A stretch of 64,000 bases of DNA. It comes from Pseudomonadota bacterium (GTDB taxonomy: Bacteria; Pseudomonadota; Alphaproteobacteria; Rhizobiales; CBDHHC01). A program made the translations under genes and the position numbers. This document shows positions 9,259 to 17,297 of the stretch, piece after piece; the stretch's first letter is position 1, and the number at the start of each line of letters is the position of its first letter. The DNA is taken from NCBI GenBank assembly GCA_039033475.1, contig JBCCCO010000003.1, forward strand, positions 724 to 64,723, given 5' to 3'. The notes beneath the pieces are model-generated. The model ran no database searches and was not told where the DNA came from. It saw only the letters and a list, made by a program, of their open reading frames with translations.

Positions 9259-10545
9259 TTAGAATAATCTTAAAACGTTCTGGTCAGCCTGCGATGCGAG
9301 TGACAATGCTGTTGAAGACAACTGCTGTCTGGTCTGCAAGGCAAGCAAGTTCGCACCTTCTTCGTTGGTATCTGCAAGCGTTAGGTTAGCAGCACCCGTT
9401 TCAAGGACATTAATCAAGTTCTTGGTAAAGTCTTGCCGTGTCTCCACAACAGAGAGGTTATTACCAAACTTAGATGCTTGTGACCGGAGCGTATTGGTTG
9501 CCGTCGTCAGCTCAGTTATAGCCGCATTCACATCAAAATCAGTCTGGAATGTATTGTCTGATGTTGTAACTCCAAGGCCAGCAGCATCAAAAGTCACGCC
9601 CGAAATTCCAAGTGATGATGTGCTGTCTTCATTAAACGTCACTGTTAGAGAATCACCGTTTAGAAGGTTCACACCATTAAAGCTGGCATCTGCCGCCAAT
9701 TGGTCAATTTGCGTGCGCAAGTCATCAAACTGCGTAGCAAAACTTGAACGGTCCGTACTCAAGGAACCAGCAGCAATAGTTGCAACAACTTTTGCTTCAG
9801 CACCAGCTGTACCAGCAGTTATTGTTGCATTGGATGAGTTTAAGCCCAAAAGAGCAACTGCGTCCGTAAAGCCTGTATCAGCACCGTTAGCATCATTGTT
9901 AACTTCAATTGTGATTGCTTCAGCTGCGGTCGCTTGGAGTTGCAACTTACCATCAGTTGTTAAAGAAGCACGAACATTTGCACCACTTGTTGAACCAACA
10001 GTTACAGTACCTCTTGTTGAGATATTATCAACCGCGGAACCTGAACCAGAGTTGTCATTAATTGCAGTCACCAAATCCTGCACAGTGCCAGTTGCCTTAA
10101 AGTTAATTGTCGTAGCAACATTACTAGCTGTTGTAATAACAATATCAAAATCAGCCGCGAAGTCAGAATCAAGGCCATTGAATGTATCCGTTAAATTCAA
10201 AGCCGTTGTATTATTTCCGATAAATTCAGATGTTGACCCAGCAGTTTGTAAAGCCTGCCGTGCTGTGGCTTCCGCAGATTCCACCAAGTTTGTTAGAGCT
10301 TCAATGCCTTCATCAGCAGCGCGAAGAGTTTGAACCGCATTACCCACAAAATCCTGAAGACGGTTTAAATCGCTTGCGCGAGCATTAAGTGAAGAAGCTG
10401 TAAAGAAGGCAGTCGGATCATCAAGCGCACTGTTAACCTTTAGTCCGGTTGCCAGTCTCTCTTGAGTTGCTCCTAAAAGATCAGCTGTATTCTGCAATGC
10501 AAGCAAGTTGCTACGCACAGAACTTGAGAGGGTAATATCAGACAT
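9259..10545 (-). CDS. flagellin paralog 3 (428 aa)
   Basis: Flagellin N and C domains. The central domain closely resembles paralog 1, while the C domain is almost identical to paralog 2. Confidence 0.95.
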   Translation of the reverse strand: MSDITLSSSVRSNLLALQNTADLLGATQERLATGLKVNSALDDPTAFFTASSLNARASDLNRLQDFVGNAVQTLRAADEGIEALTNLVESAEATARQALQTAGSTSEFIGNNTTALNLTDTFNGLDSDFAADFDIVITTASNVATTINFKATGTVQDLVTAINDNSGSGSAVDNISTRGTVTVGSTSGANVRASLTTDGKLQLQATAAEAITIEVNNDANGADTGFTDAVALLGLNSSNATITAGTAGAEAKVVATIAAGSLSTDRSSFATQFDDLRTQIDQLAADASFNGVNLLNGDSLTVTFNEDSTSSLGISGVTFDAAGLGVTTSDNTFQTDFDVNAAITELTTATNTLRSQASKFGNNLSVVETRQDFTKNLINVLETGAANLTLADTNEEGANLLALQTRQQLSSTALSLASQADQNVLRLF

Positions 10546-10552
10546 AACTCAC

Positions 10553-10566
10553 ACCTTTCCTAAGGT
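10553..10566 (-). promoter_or_regulatory. 5' leader palindrome ACCTTAGGAAAGGT enclosing the SD of flagellin 3
   Basis: Identical 14-mer, ending 7 nt before the ATG. Confidence 0.5.
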
Positions 10567-10616
10567 TACTCATACTTTGCCTACTGGCTAACTTAACTTA
10601 TGATACTCAAAAAAAT

Positions 10617-10631
10617 CTAATTTCAACTTAA
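10617..10631 (-). promoter_or_regulatory. CtrA-type box TTAA-N7-TTAG upstream of flagellin 3
   Basis: The minus strand reads TTAAGTTGAAATTAG, 72-86 nt upstream of the ATG at 10545. Confidence 0.5.
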
Positions 10632-10673
10632 TAAGAACAGTTAATTAAGTGCTAAATTTATAAATGTTCTTAT
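10631..10673 (-). terminator. candidate hairpin downstream of flagellin 4
   Basis: ATAAGAACA (10631-10639) is the exact complement of TGTTCTTAT (10665-10673), with a 25-nt loop. The layout matches the hairpin at 9209-9251. Confidence 0.3.
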
Positions 10674-10696
10674 ATCCACTATAGTCCTCGTTTCGT

Positions 10697-12244
10697 TTAG
10701 AATAGTCTTAAAACGTTTTGGTCAGCCTGAGACGCAAGAGATAATGCTGTTGAAGACAACTGCTGTCTGGTTTGCAAAGCAAGCAAATTTGCACCTTCTT
10801 CATTGGTGTCTGCAAGTGTTAAGTTTGCAGCACCTGTTTCAAGTACGTTGATCAAATTCTTGGTGAAATCTTGTCGCGTTTCCACAACAGAAAGGTTGTT
10901 ACCAAATCTTGATGCCTGTGACCGCAGCGTATTTGTTGCTGTGGTTAAGTCTGACAATGCATCATTGATATTAATATCAAGCTGGAATGTGTTCGCTGCA
11001 GCAGTAACGCCTAAACCAGCCGAATTATAAGTCACCCCAGATATACCAAGTGATGAGGTGCTGTCTTCATTAAACGTAACAGTCAGTGAATCACCATTTA
11101 GAAGATTGACACCGTTGAAGCTTGCATCGGCGGCCAATTGGTCGATTTGCGTGCGCAGTTCATCAAACTGAGTTGCAAAAGAAGCCCGGTCAGTTGATGC
11201 CGTTGCAACTGTTGGGTCAAGACGTTGGCCAGAAGTTACGTTCAATGCAGAGAGAATTGTTGCATCTCCGTCAATTGTCAGAGAATCTGAGGCGCTTGTA
11301 AGTGAGAACTGAAGTTTATCACTTGCAAAAGCGCCTGTGAGGCCAGTGATATTCCCAATTTGAGTTATAAGCTCTGCTCTTGTATTGACTTCATTTGATG
11401 AATCATCCGTTCCAAATACAATCGTATTAACGGTTCCACTACCAATTTGCAGTGTTAAGTTGCCACTTACACCAAGGTCTACGTTAGTAGGCTCAACGGT
11501 TCGTAATGTTGTTGTCCCTGTTCCCAATGCTTGCAAACCAAATGCGGATACTGCTGTGGTCGTATTTCCTGATATAACAATATCATCTGTATTGGCGCTT
11601 GCTGTAATAACAAACTGATCATTGGTTCCATCGTCTACAGTACCGTTTGCAAGCCCACCGTTGAATGAAGCGATGACAGCATCTAAGTTTGTTGTACCAA
11701 TCTCAAAACCAACATCAGCACCAGCAGAGCCCGTTCCAGTTGTATTGAAACGAACTGCATGAGAGTCACCACCAATTGTGATTGTAAGGATATCACCGTC
11801 TGTGAGACCAGTAAGGTCAGCACCAATGTTACTTGCGGCACCATCAACTGAAATGGTGCTGGTTGCAACAGCGGCTACATCATCCGTGACGGTGCTTGCT
11901 GAGGCATCAGCACTTGTAATAGCAGTCGTTGTTGACCCAGAGGTTTGCAAAGCTTGCCGTGCTGTCGCTTCAGCAGCTTCAACCAGGTTTGTAATCGCTT
12001 CAATACCTTCATCAGCTGCCCTTAGAGTTTGAACAGCGTTGCCAACAAAGTCTTGTAAACGGTTTAAATCGCTTGCGCGTGCATTAAGAGAAGAAGCTGT
12101 AAAGAAGGCAGTTGGATCATCAAGCGCACTATTGACTTTCAAGCCAGTTGCAAGGCGTTCTTGCGTCGATGCAAGTAAGTTAGCTGTGTCTTGCAACGCA
12201 AGGAGGTTGTTGCGCACAGAACTTGACAGTGTAATATCAGACAT
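10697..12244 (-). CDS. flagellin paralog 4 (515 aa, expanded central domain)
   Basis: Flagellin N and C domains. The central region holds two modules of the I-x-I...T...L-x-x-x-I...L-x-L type. Confidence 0.95.
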   Translation of the reverse strand: MSDITLSSSVRNNLLALQDTANLLASTQERLATGLKVNSALDDPTAFFTASSLNARASDLNRLQDFVGNAVQTLRAADEGIEAITNLVEAAEATARQALQTSGSTTTAITSADASASTVTDDVAAVATSTISVDGAASNIGADLTGLTDGDILTITIGGDSHAVRFNTTGTGSAGADVGFEIGTTNLDAVIASFNGGLANGTVDDGTNDQFVITASANTDDIVISGNTTTAVSAFGLQALGTGTTTLRTVEPTNVDLGVSGNLTLQIGSGTVNTIVFGTDDSSNEVNTRAELITQIGNITGLTGAFASDKLQFSLTSASDSLTIDGDATILSALNVTSGQRLDPTVATASTDRASFATQFDELRTQIDQLAADASFNGVNLLNGDSLTVTFNEDSTSSLGISGVTYNSAGLGVTAAANTFQLDININDALSDLTTATNTLRSQASRFGNNLSVVETRQDFTKNLINVLETGAANLTLADTNEEGANLLALQTRQQLSSTALSLASQADQNVLRLF

Positions 12245-12252
12245 TTTTTAAA

Positions 12253-12266
12253 ACCTTTCCTAAGGT
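12253..12266 (-). promoter_or_regulatory. 5' leader palindrome ACCTTAGGAAAGGT enclosing the SD of flagellin 4
   Basis: Identical 14-mer, ending 8 nt before the ATG. Confidence 0.5.
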
Positions 12267-12315
12267 CAGAAATGTAACGCTTTTCTAGCTACACTTGTTT
12301 TATAATTTATAGTCT

Positions 12316-12330
12316 TTAAAATCTCTTTAA
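12316..12330 (-). promoter_or_regulatory. CtrA-type box TTAA-N7-TTAA upstream of flagellin 4
   Basis: The minus strand reads TTAAAGAGATTTTAA, a perfect TTAA-N7-TTAA, 72-86 nt upstream of the ATG at 12244. Confidence 0.55.
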
Positions 12331-12371
12331 CAAGATCGATAAAAATATACCGTCTTTATATACTCTAAAAA

Positions 12372-13937
12372 TTAGAATAATCTTAAAACGTTCTGGTCAG
12401 CCTGCGAGGCGAGCGACAATGCCGTTGAAGACAACTGTTGTCTGGTTTGCAAGGCCAGCAAGTTTGCACCTTCCTCGTTGGTATCTGCAAGTGTGAGGTT
12501 GGCAGCGCCGGTTTCAAGCACGTTGATCAAGTTTTTGGTAAAATCTTGCCGAGTCTCCACAACAGAGAGGTTGTTACCAAATTTTGAAGCTTGCGAGCGC
12601 AACGTATTTGTCGCTGTTGTTAAAGTGCTGATTGCAGCATCAATATCACCATCTGACTGAAAGTTATTTGCTGAAGCTGAAATACCCAGACCAGATGAGT
12701 TAAATGTGACACCTGATATGCCAAGTGATGATGTGCTGTCTTCATTAAACGTAACAGTAAGTGAATCGCCATTCAGAAGGTTCACACCATTAAAACTTGA
12801 ATCAACAGCCAATTGGTCAATTTGTGTGCGTAGCTCATCAAATTGTGTCGCAAAAGAAGCCCTATCTGCGCTTGTTGATCCAGTTCCTGAATTTGAGACT
12901 AAATCAATTGTAGTCGCAGTTCCGTTCGCACCACTGGTGACCCCGCCTCCACCATCGAATAGCGCGTCAACCACATCAGATGTGCCCGCTGCTGTTAGCG
13001 TAAAATCTTCACCAGAAAGTGATGCAATAGATATCGTGTCAGTTGCGTCTGTAAATGTGGCTTGAATTTTACCACCCAAACTTGTGTTAGAATTAATGGT
13101 CGCAAGGAATGTATCAATATCAACAGCAGAAGCGTCTGCAATGTCAAATGTAACAGCCGCATCGCTGCCAACTTGGATAATCAAGTCGTCACCATCAGCA
13201 ATAGCGGTTGAACCAGTATCTTGCAAATTATCAAGAGTTGTTGCACCAGTAATAGTACCTAGGTCAGCGCCGACGAGTTGAAAGCCAGCTGTTGATGCTG
13301 TGTTAATACCAAGTGCTTCAGCAACATCACCACCTGTATTTAATTTACCATTTGCAACAGTAAGGTTAGAACCATCAAGTGTTTCTATTCTAAAATTGCC
13401 ATCACTTGTTAGTGAAGCCTCGACAACACCGCCGATAGTTGCATCGGCATTAATAGCTGTTATCAATTGTGATACTGTTTGTGATCCCACAGCAAAAGTG
13501 GTTCCGACAGTTCCGGCCTGGATACTAATCACATCTGTTGTCGCGGGGTTGTTTGTGTCATCATCGGCTAGCGCAGTAATCGCAGTAGAGCCAGTCAAAG
13601 CCGTTGAGCCTTGAACAGTTCCACCAGTTCCGGATGATTGCAAGGCTTGTCTTGCGGTCGCTTCCGCAGCTTCTACCAAGTTTGTAAGAGCTTCAATACC
13701 TTCATCAGCAGCTCTTAGAGTTTGAACGGCATTACCAACAAAATCTTGCAATCTATTAAGATCGCTTGCCCGTGCATTTAGTGAAGAGGCGGTGAAAAAC
13801 GCAGTTGGATCATCTAGCGCGCTGTTGACTTTTAAGCCAGTCGCCAACCTTTCTTGAGTTAGCCCTAGCAAGTCAGCGGTGTTCTGCAACGCAAGTAGGT
13901 TGCTACGAACAGAACTTGAAAGTGTAATATCAGACAT
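12372..13937 (-). CDS. flagellin paralog 5 (521 aa, expanded central domain)
   Basis: Flagellin N and C domains. Two internal modules are visible (ISIQAGTVGTTFAVGSQTVSQLITAINAD... and LIIQVGSDAAVTFDIADASAVDIDTFLATINSN...). Confidence 0.95.
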   Translation of the reverse strand: MSDITLSSSVRSNLLALQNTADLLGLTQERLATGLKVNSALDDPTAFFTASSLNARASDLNRLQDFVGNAVQTLRAADEGIEALTNLVEAAEATARQALQSSGTGGTVQGSTALTGSTAITALADDDTNNPATTDVISIQAGTVGTTFAVGSQTVSQLITAINADATIGGVVEASLTSDGNFRIETLDGSNLTVANGKLNTGGDVAEALGINTASTAGFQLVGADLGTITGATTLDNLQDTGSTAIADGDDLIIQVGSDAAVTFDIADASAVDIDTFLATINSNTSLGGKIQATFTDATDTISIASLSGEDFTLTAAGTSDVVDALFDGGGGVTSGANGTATTIDLVSNSGTGSTSADRASFATQFDELRTQIDQLAVDSSFNGVNLLNGDSLTVTFNEDSTSSLGISGVTFNSSGLGISASANNFQSDGDIDAAISTLTTATNTLRSQASKFGNNLSVVETRQDFTKNLINVLETGAANLTLADTNEEGANLLALQTRQQLSSTALSLASQADQNVLRLF

Positions 13938-13943
13938 AACTGT

Positions 13944-13956
13944 ACCTTTCCTAGAT
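13944..13956 (-). promoter_or_regulatory. degenerate leader palindrome ATCTAGGAAAGGT of flagellin 5
   Basis: ATCT can pair with AGGT using one G-U wobble around the SD. The position relative to the ATG matches paralogs 2-4. Confidence 0.35.
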
Positions 13957-14006
13957 ACTCCAACGGAAAACTCTTTCTGAGTAAATTTAGATTTAGAATA
14001 AAGCTC

Positions 14007-14021
14007 CTAACATTATGTTAA
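14007..14021 (-). promoter_or_regulatory. CtrA-type box TTAA-N7-TTAG upstream of flagellin 5
   Basis: The minus strand reads TTAACATAATGTTAG, 70-84 nt upstream of the ATG at 13937. Confidence 0.5.
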
Positions 14022-14138
14022 AACAGATCCTATTTTTTCAAAAAAAGTTTTTCTGTCTATGTATCGTTAATAAATTATGACTACATCTCCATAATTAATC
14101 TGAATTTAATTAAGACTTTTTTTACTAGTGACTTTTGT

Positions 14139-14624
14139 CTAAAGACTGGTATCTACAGAAATGGCCGCGTTGGCTGACTTTCCAGATTGCCTTAATCCGG
14201 CATCCTTGCCATAGACCTCTGGTCCTGATTTTTTTTGGCTTACACGGGTAGAAATAGTATGCAGCATCTGCTCCGTCACAGCCTTCATGGCTGAGAGCAC
14301 TTTATGATTGATTTCGAGAGAGCGATGAAACTGGTCTTGCTGCTGTTTTAATTTCTGAATTTGATCCGGGTTTGTTTGTTTGATAAATTCTATATTATTC
14401 TTAAAACTATTCATATCCTGCGTTAAGGTATTGGTAAGAGCTTTTTTGCGGACATTTAAAGCTGTAAAGTCCTTGACTTTAGATTTGCGCACCAATTCTG
14501 TCTCACGGTCGAGAACATCAATAAGGTCTGACGTTACTTCAAAGAGACGTTCGCAGAGCGTTCTTGAGTCCTCCTCATTATGAATTGGGATATGTTTGGT
14601 TTTATGTCCTTTGATAAGCTTCAT
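14139..14624 (-). CDS. FlgN-like flagellar chaperone candidate (161 aa)
   Basis: A helical protein with the pattern L..L...L.E...L......F..L...K..L. It overlaps the stop of the FlgJ-like gene as the last gene of the flgI unit. The family call is an inference. Confidence 0.45.
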   Translation of the reverse strand: MKLIKGHKTKHIPIHNEEDSRTLCERLFEVTSDLIDVLDRETELVRKSKVKDFTALNVRKKALTNTLTQDMNSFKNNIEFIKQTNPDQIQKLKQQQDQFHRSLEINHKVLSAMKAVTEQMLHTISTRVSQKKSGPEVYGKDAGLRQSGKSANAAISVDTSL

Positions 14625-15073
14625 TTTACTTCACCTTCTTTTGCATAACTTTCATTTTGGTACTGATAAGACGCTGTTGTATTCGCATTTTCTGAATGTG
14701 GTGCCTTTTCCTGGATAGAGAGCAACTGTTGATAGACGGCATCTGAAATACCAAACCCTCCTGACCCTTGAATGGCTTTGGCATACTGATTGAGAAGTTG
14801 AGAGCGAAACACGCGCTCCCCTTGTCCTCCACCAAAAGGGGGATCAGTATTAATCCCGGAAAACATGGTTTCGATCATATTCGTAATGAATACAGCTTCA
14901 AATTCATCAGAGGTTTTGCGTGCCACCTCCTCAAACTGTGTTTTATTTTGTTCTTTATTAATCTGACTATTCAGCTTTTGCAGAAGGGATGCGGCTGTAT
15001 CATTTTGCTTATCCGGGTGAGCCTGAGGAATGTAGGATGTTGCCGGAGTGGAAAGTAACGAATTTGCCATCAC
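14621..15073 (-). CDS. flgJ: FlgJ-like rod-binding protein, no muramidase domain (150 aa)
   Basis: FEAVFITNMIETMFSG...FGGGQGERVFRSQLLNQYAKAI is the rod-binding motif. It overlaps the flgI stop, and the single-domain form is typical of alphaproteobacteria. Confidence 0.7.
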   Translation of the reverse strand: MMANSLLSTPATSYIPQAHPDKQNDTAASLLQKLNSQINKEQNKTQFEEVARKTSDEFEAVFITNMIETMFSGINTDPPFGGGQGERVFRSQLLNQYAKAIQGSGGFGISDAVYQQLLSIQEKAPHSENANTTASYQYQNESYAKEGEVK

Positions 15074-16194
15074 ATAACCTCTATGTCAGCTTGCAATGCG
15101 CCTGCTGCTTTAATAGCTTGTAAAATTGAAATCATATCGCGCGGCCCTATACCGAGTGCGTTCAGGCCGTTGACCAGACTTTTTAGATCAACGGCAGACT
15201 CAACAATTGCGAGTTTTTTACCGCTCTCAGTATTAGCTTGCACAGCTGTTCTAGGCACAACAACAGTTGCCCCACCTGGAGCTAAAGGCTCAGGTTGACT
15301 AACCTCTGGGGTCTCTGAAACACTAATTGTTAAATTCCCTTGAGAAATTGCAACTCTGCTGACTTTTACATCACTCCCCATGACGATAATTCCTGTTTGC
15401 TCATCAATAATGACCCTCGCAGCAGTATCTGGCTCAATTCGAAGCTGCTCAATTTCCGTGAGTAAAGTAATAATATTGCCGCTATATGCTTTAGGCAGTG
15501 TGAGTAAAACAGTTGAGGGATTAATAGCCACGCCAATATCTTCAGCAGTAAAAGCATTAATAGCAACTGAAATACGTTTTGCTGTTGTAAAGTCTGGATT
15601 ATGCAAAGAAAGACGCAATTGTTTGCGATTTTTGAGTTTAAAATTTAACTCACGTTCAATAATAGCCCCATTGGCAATACGGCCTGATGTGGGCACACCG
15701 CGTGTAATTGAAGAAGCCGCACCTTCTGCACTAAAGCCACCAATTGCAACGGGGCCTTGTGCAACAGCAAACACTTCACCATTAGCCCCATGAAGGGGGG
15801 TCACAAGAAGTGTGCCACCTTGTAAATTGCTCGCATCCCCCAAGGTGCTAACACTGATATCCATCCGTGTACCTTGAGTAGAAAATGGGGGAAGGTTTCC
15901 TGTTACCATAACCGCAGCAACATTCGCAGTTCTTAGCGTTGCAGAACGTGTATTGACACCCAACCGCTCAAGCATAGCTTGCAGACTTTGCCGGGTAAAT
16001 GGGGAATTATTAAGAGAATCACCAGTCCCGTTTAAACCAACAACAAGCCCATAACCAACCAACTGGTTTTCACGGATACCTTCAATAGAAACCAAATCCT
16101 TAATGCGTGATGCTGCTTGGACCAATTGCGTACCAATAAGCATAAACATTACGAGATAGAACCACATAGTTTTTCTACGAAACGAATTACGCAT
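15070..16194 (-). CDS. flgI: flagellar P-ring protein FlgI
   Basis: Signal peptide MRNSFRRKTMWFYLVMFMLIGTQLVQA followed by SRIKDLVSIEGIRENQLVGYGLVVGLNGTGD. Start chosen at Met42 of the 415-aa ORF; 16167 is an alternative. Confidence 0.9.
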   Translation of the reverse strand: MRNSFRRKTMWFYLVMFMLIGTQLVQAASRIKDLVSIEGIRENQLVGYGLVVGLNGTGDSLNNSPFTRQSLQAMLERLGVNTRSATLRTANVAAVMVTGNLPPFSTQGTRMDISVSTLGDASNLQGGTLLVTPLHGANGEVFAVAQGPVAIGGFSAEGAASSITRGVPTSGRIANGAIIERELNFKLKNRKQLRLSLHNPDFTTAKRISVAINAFTAEDIGVAINPSTVLLTLPKAYSGNIITLLTEIEQLRIEPDTAARVIIDEQTGIIVMGSDVKVSRVAISQGNLTISVSETPEVSQPEPLAPGGATVVVPRTAVQANTESGKKLAIVESAVDLKSLVNGLNALGIGPRDMISILQAIKAAGALQADIEVM

Positions 16195-16353
16195 TGCCAA
16201 ATACCATTTTAATTTCACTAGAGCAATCCGCCTTGAAGTGGGTTCACTTAAAGGTGAAAAGGTTACTCGCCCATAAAAACTTAGAACAATCCAAATGAAT
16301 TCACCTAAACGCCGCACGCTCTAAAAATAAAAGACATGTTTGAGTTTTTTAAA

Positions 16354-16369
16354 TGCGAAAATGATGCCA
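16354..16369 (-). promoter_or_regulatory. sigma54-type promoter facing flgI
   Basis: The minus strand reads TGGCATCATTTTCGCA. GG-N10-GC spacing is exact, with one mismatch in the -12 element (TCGCA instead of TTGCA). Confidence 0.5.
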
Positions 16370-16488
16370 GTTTCTTTGGCCGACTAACGCATTGTTTTAT
16401 AAATGAAAAATATAAGGATAAGCCTGGAGTTGGTAGGAAAATGTTGTCATTTTATAAAAGCATGCCCGGCAAATTTTTCCCGCTTGCG

Positions 16489-16503
16489 TTAACGATGGCT
16501 TAA
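16489..16503 (+). promoter_or_regulatory. CtrA box TTAA-N7-TTAA upstream of fliX
   Basis: TTAACGATGGCTTAA ends 66 nt before the fliX ATG at 16569. In Caulobacter, fliX is a CtrA-dependent class II gene divergent from flgI. Confidence 0.5.
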
Positions 16504-16565
16504 TATTCCAACGTGCAATATGAAGAGAGAGCTTTGCTTTTGTTCTAACAATAGAGGGATATGAT

Positions 16566-16985
16566 GTGATGAGGGTGAAATCGACACAAAATATTTCAGG
16601 AACGCAAAAGTCGAAAAAAACATCTCGCAAATCTTCATCCCAATTTTCGCTACCAGATACGGCGCAAGCTGCATCGACGTCAGCATCTTCGGGAGCTGGA
16701 CTGGTTGCAGGGATTGATGCGCTCTTAGCCTTACAAGCCGTCGATTTGGTTGATCCCAGAGAACAGCGCAAACAAGCCATAAGCCATGCGGAAGATGTAT
16801 TGGATATTCTTGAAAAATTAAAAGTATCTTTGCTATCTGGGCGAATATCTCGAGAACAGATGACAATACTTTTAAGACTACTTGAAAGGCGGCCTGCCTA
16901 TGATCAAGACCCTCAACTTAATGATTTGCTTGATCATATCGATATGCGCGCCAAAATAGAGCTTGCAAAGCATAATATGATTTAA
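16566..16985 (+). CDS. fliX: flagellar assembly regulator FliX
   Basis: Divergent from flgI. S/A/G-rich N-terminus, then IDALLALQAVD...EDVLDILEKLKVSLLSGRIS...IDMRAKIELAK, which fits the FliX pattern. GTG at 16566 or ATG at 16569, with GAGGG upstream. Confidence 0.75.
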   Translation: MMRVKSTQNISGTQKSKKTSRKSSSQFSLPDTAQAASTSASSGAGLVAGIDALLALQAVDLVDPREQRKQAISHAEDVLDILEKLKVSLLSGRISREQMTILLRLLERRPAYDQDPQLNDLLDHIDMRAKIELAKHNMI

Positions 16986-17297
16986 AAGCAATGCCTTACA
17001 CGGCTCTTGATAACACTTTCCCTCTCCCCATTACGCTCAAGAACAGATCAGCCCCTTCCTAAATTTTTCATAACAATTTTTCTGAATAACTCATATATTT
17101 ACAGGCTTGGACAATAAAAAGACAGAATGTCAGGGCAAATAGCCCACTTCTTACAGGCTCTAATCAGTATGGGTCTCAAAAATAATAATACAAAAATGTA
17201 ACTTTAAATAGCAACACGAGTTGTTATATGCTTGTAAAAATAGTATAAATGTATTGCGTAAAAGGGTTAACCAGAGATGACTTTGCGAGGTTACTAA

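Noticed and set aside
6636-13614. Many long plus-strand ORFs antisense to the flagellin genes, for example 9365-10333 (322 aa), 7164-7625, 8438-8914 and 12706-13065
   Set aside because: They are mirror images of the Ala/Thr/Ser/Val-rich flagellin frames and lack stops only because of that compositional bias. They have no SD, repeat in every paralog, and their translations are low-complexity.
6323-13937. The regular, roughly 1.3-1.7 kb periodic repetition, considered as a possible CRISPR-like or satellite array
   Set aside because: The repeated units are full-length flagellin coding sequences with their own leaders. No short direct repeats with unique spacers occur anywhere in the window.
16195-16317. 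N-terminal extensions of ORF-track entries: flgI to 16317, pepN to 36767, the DUF721 gene from 50071, smc from 52516, flgH to 18556
   Set aside because: The extensions precede the recognisable signal peptide or conserved N-terminus and lack SDs. In the DUF721 case the extension would overlap mutY. Internal starts with SDs fit the families better.
16397-16866. Minus-strand ORFs of 127 and 125 aa spanning the flgI-fliX intergenic region and the 5' part of fliX
   Set aside because: They overlap the well-supported fliX frame and the promoter region, have no SD, and have Cys/Leu-rich translations that do not look like proteins.
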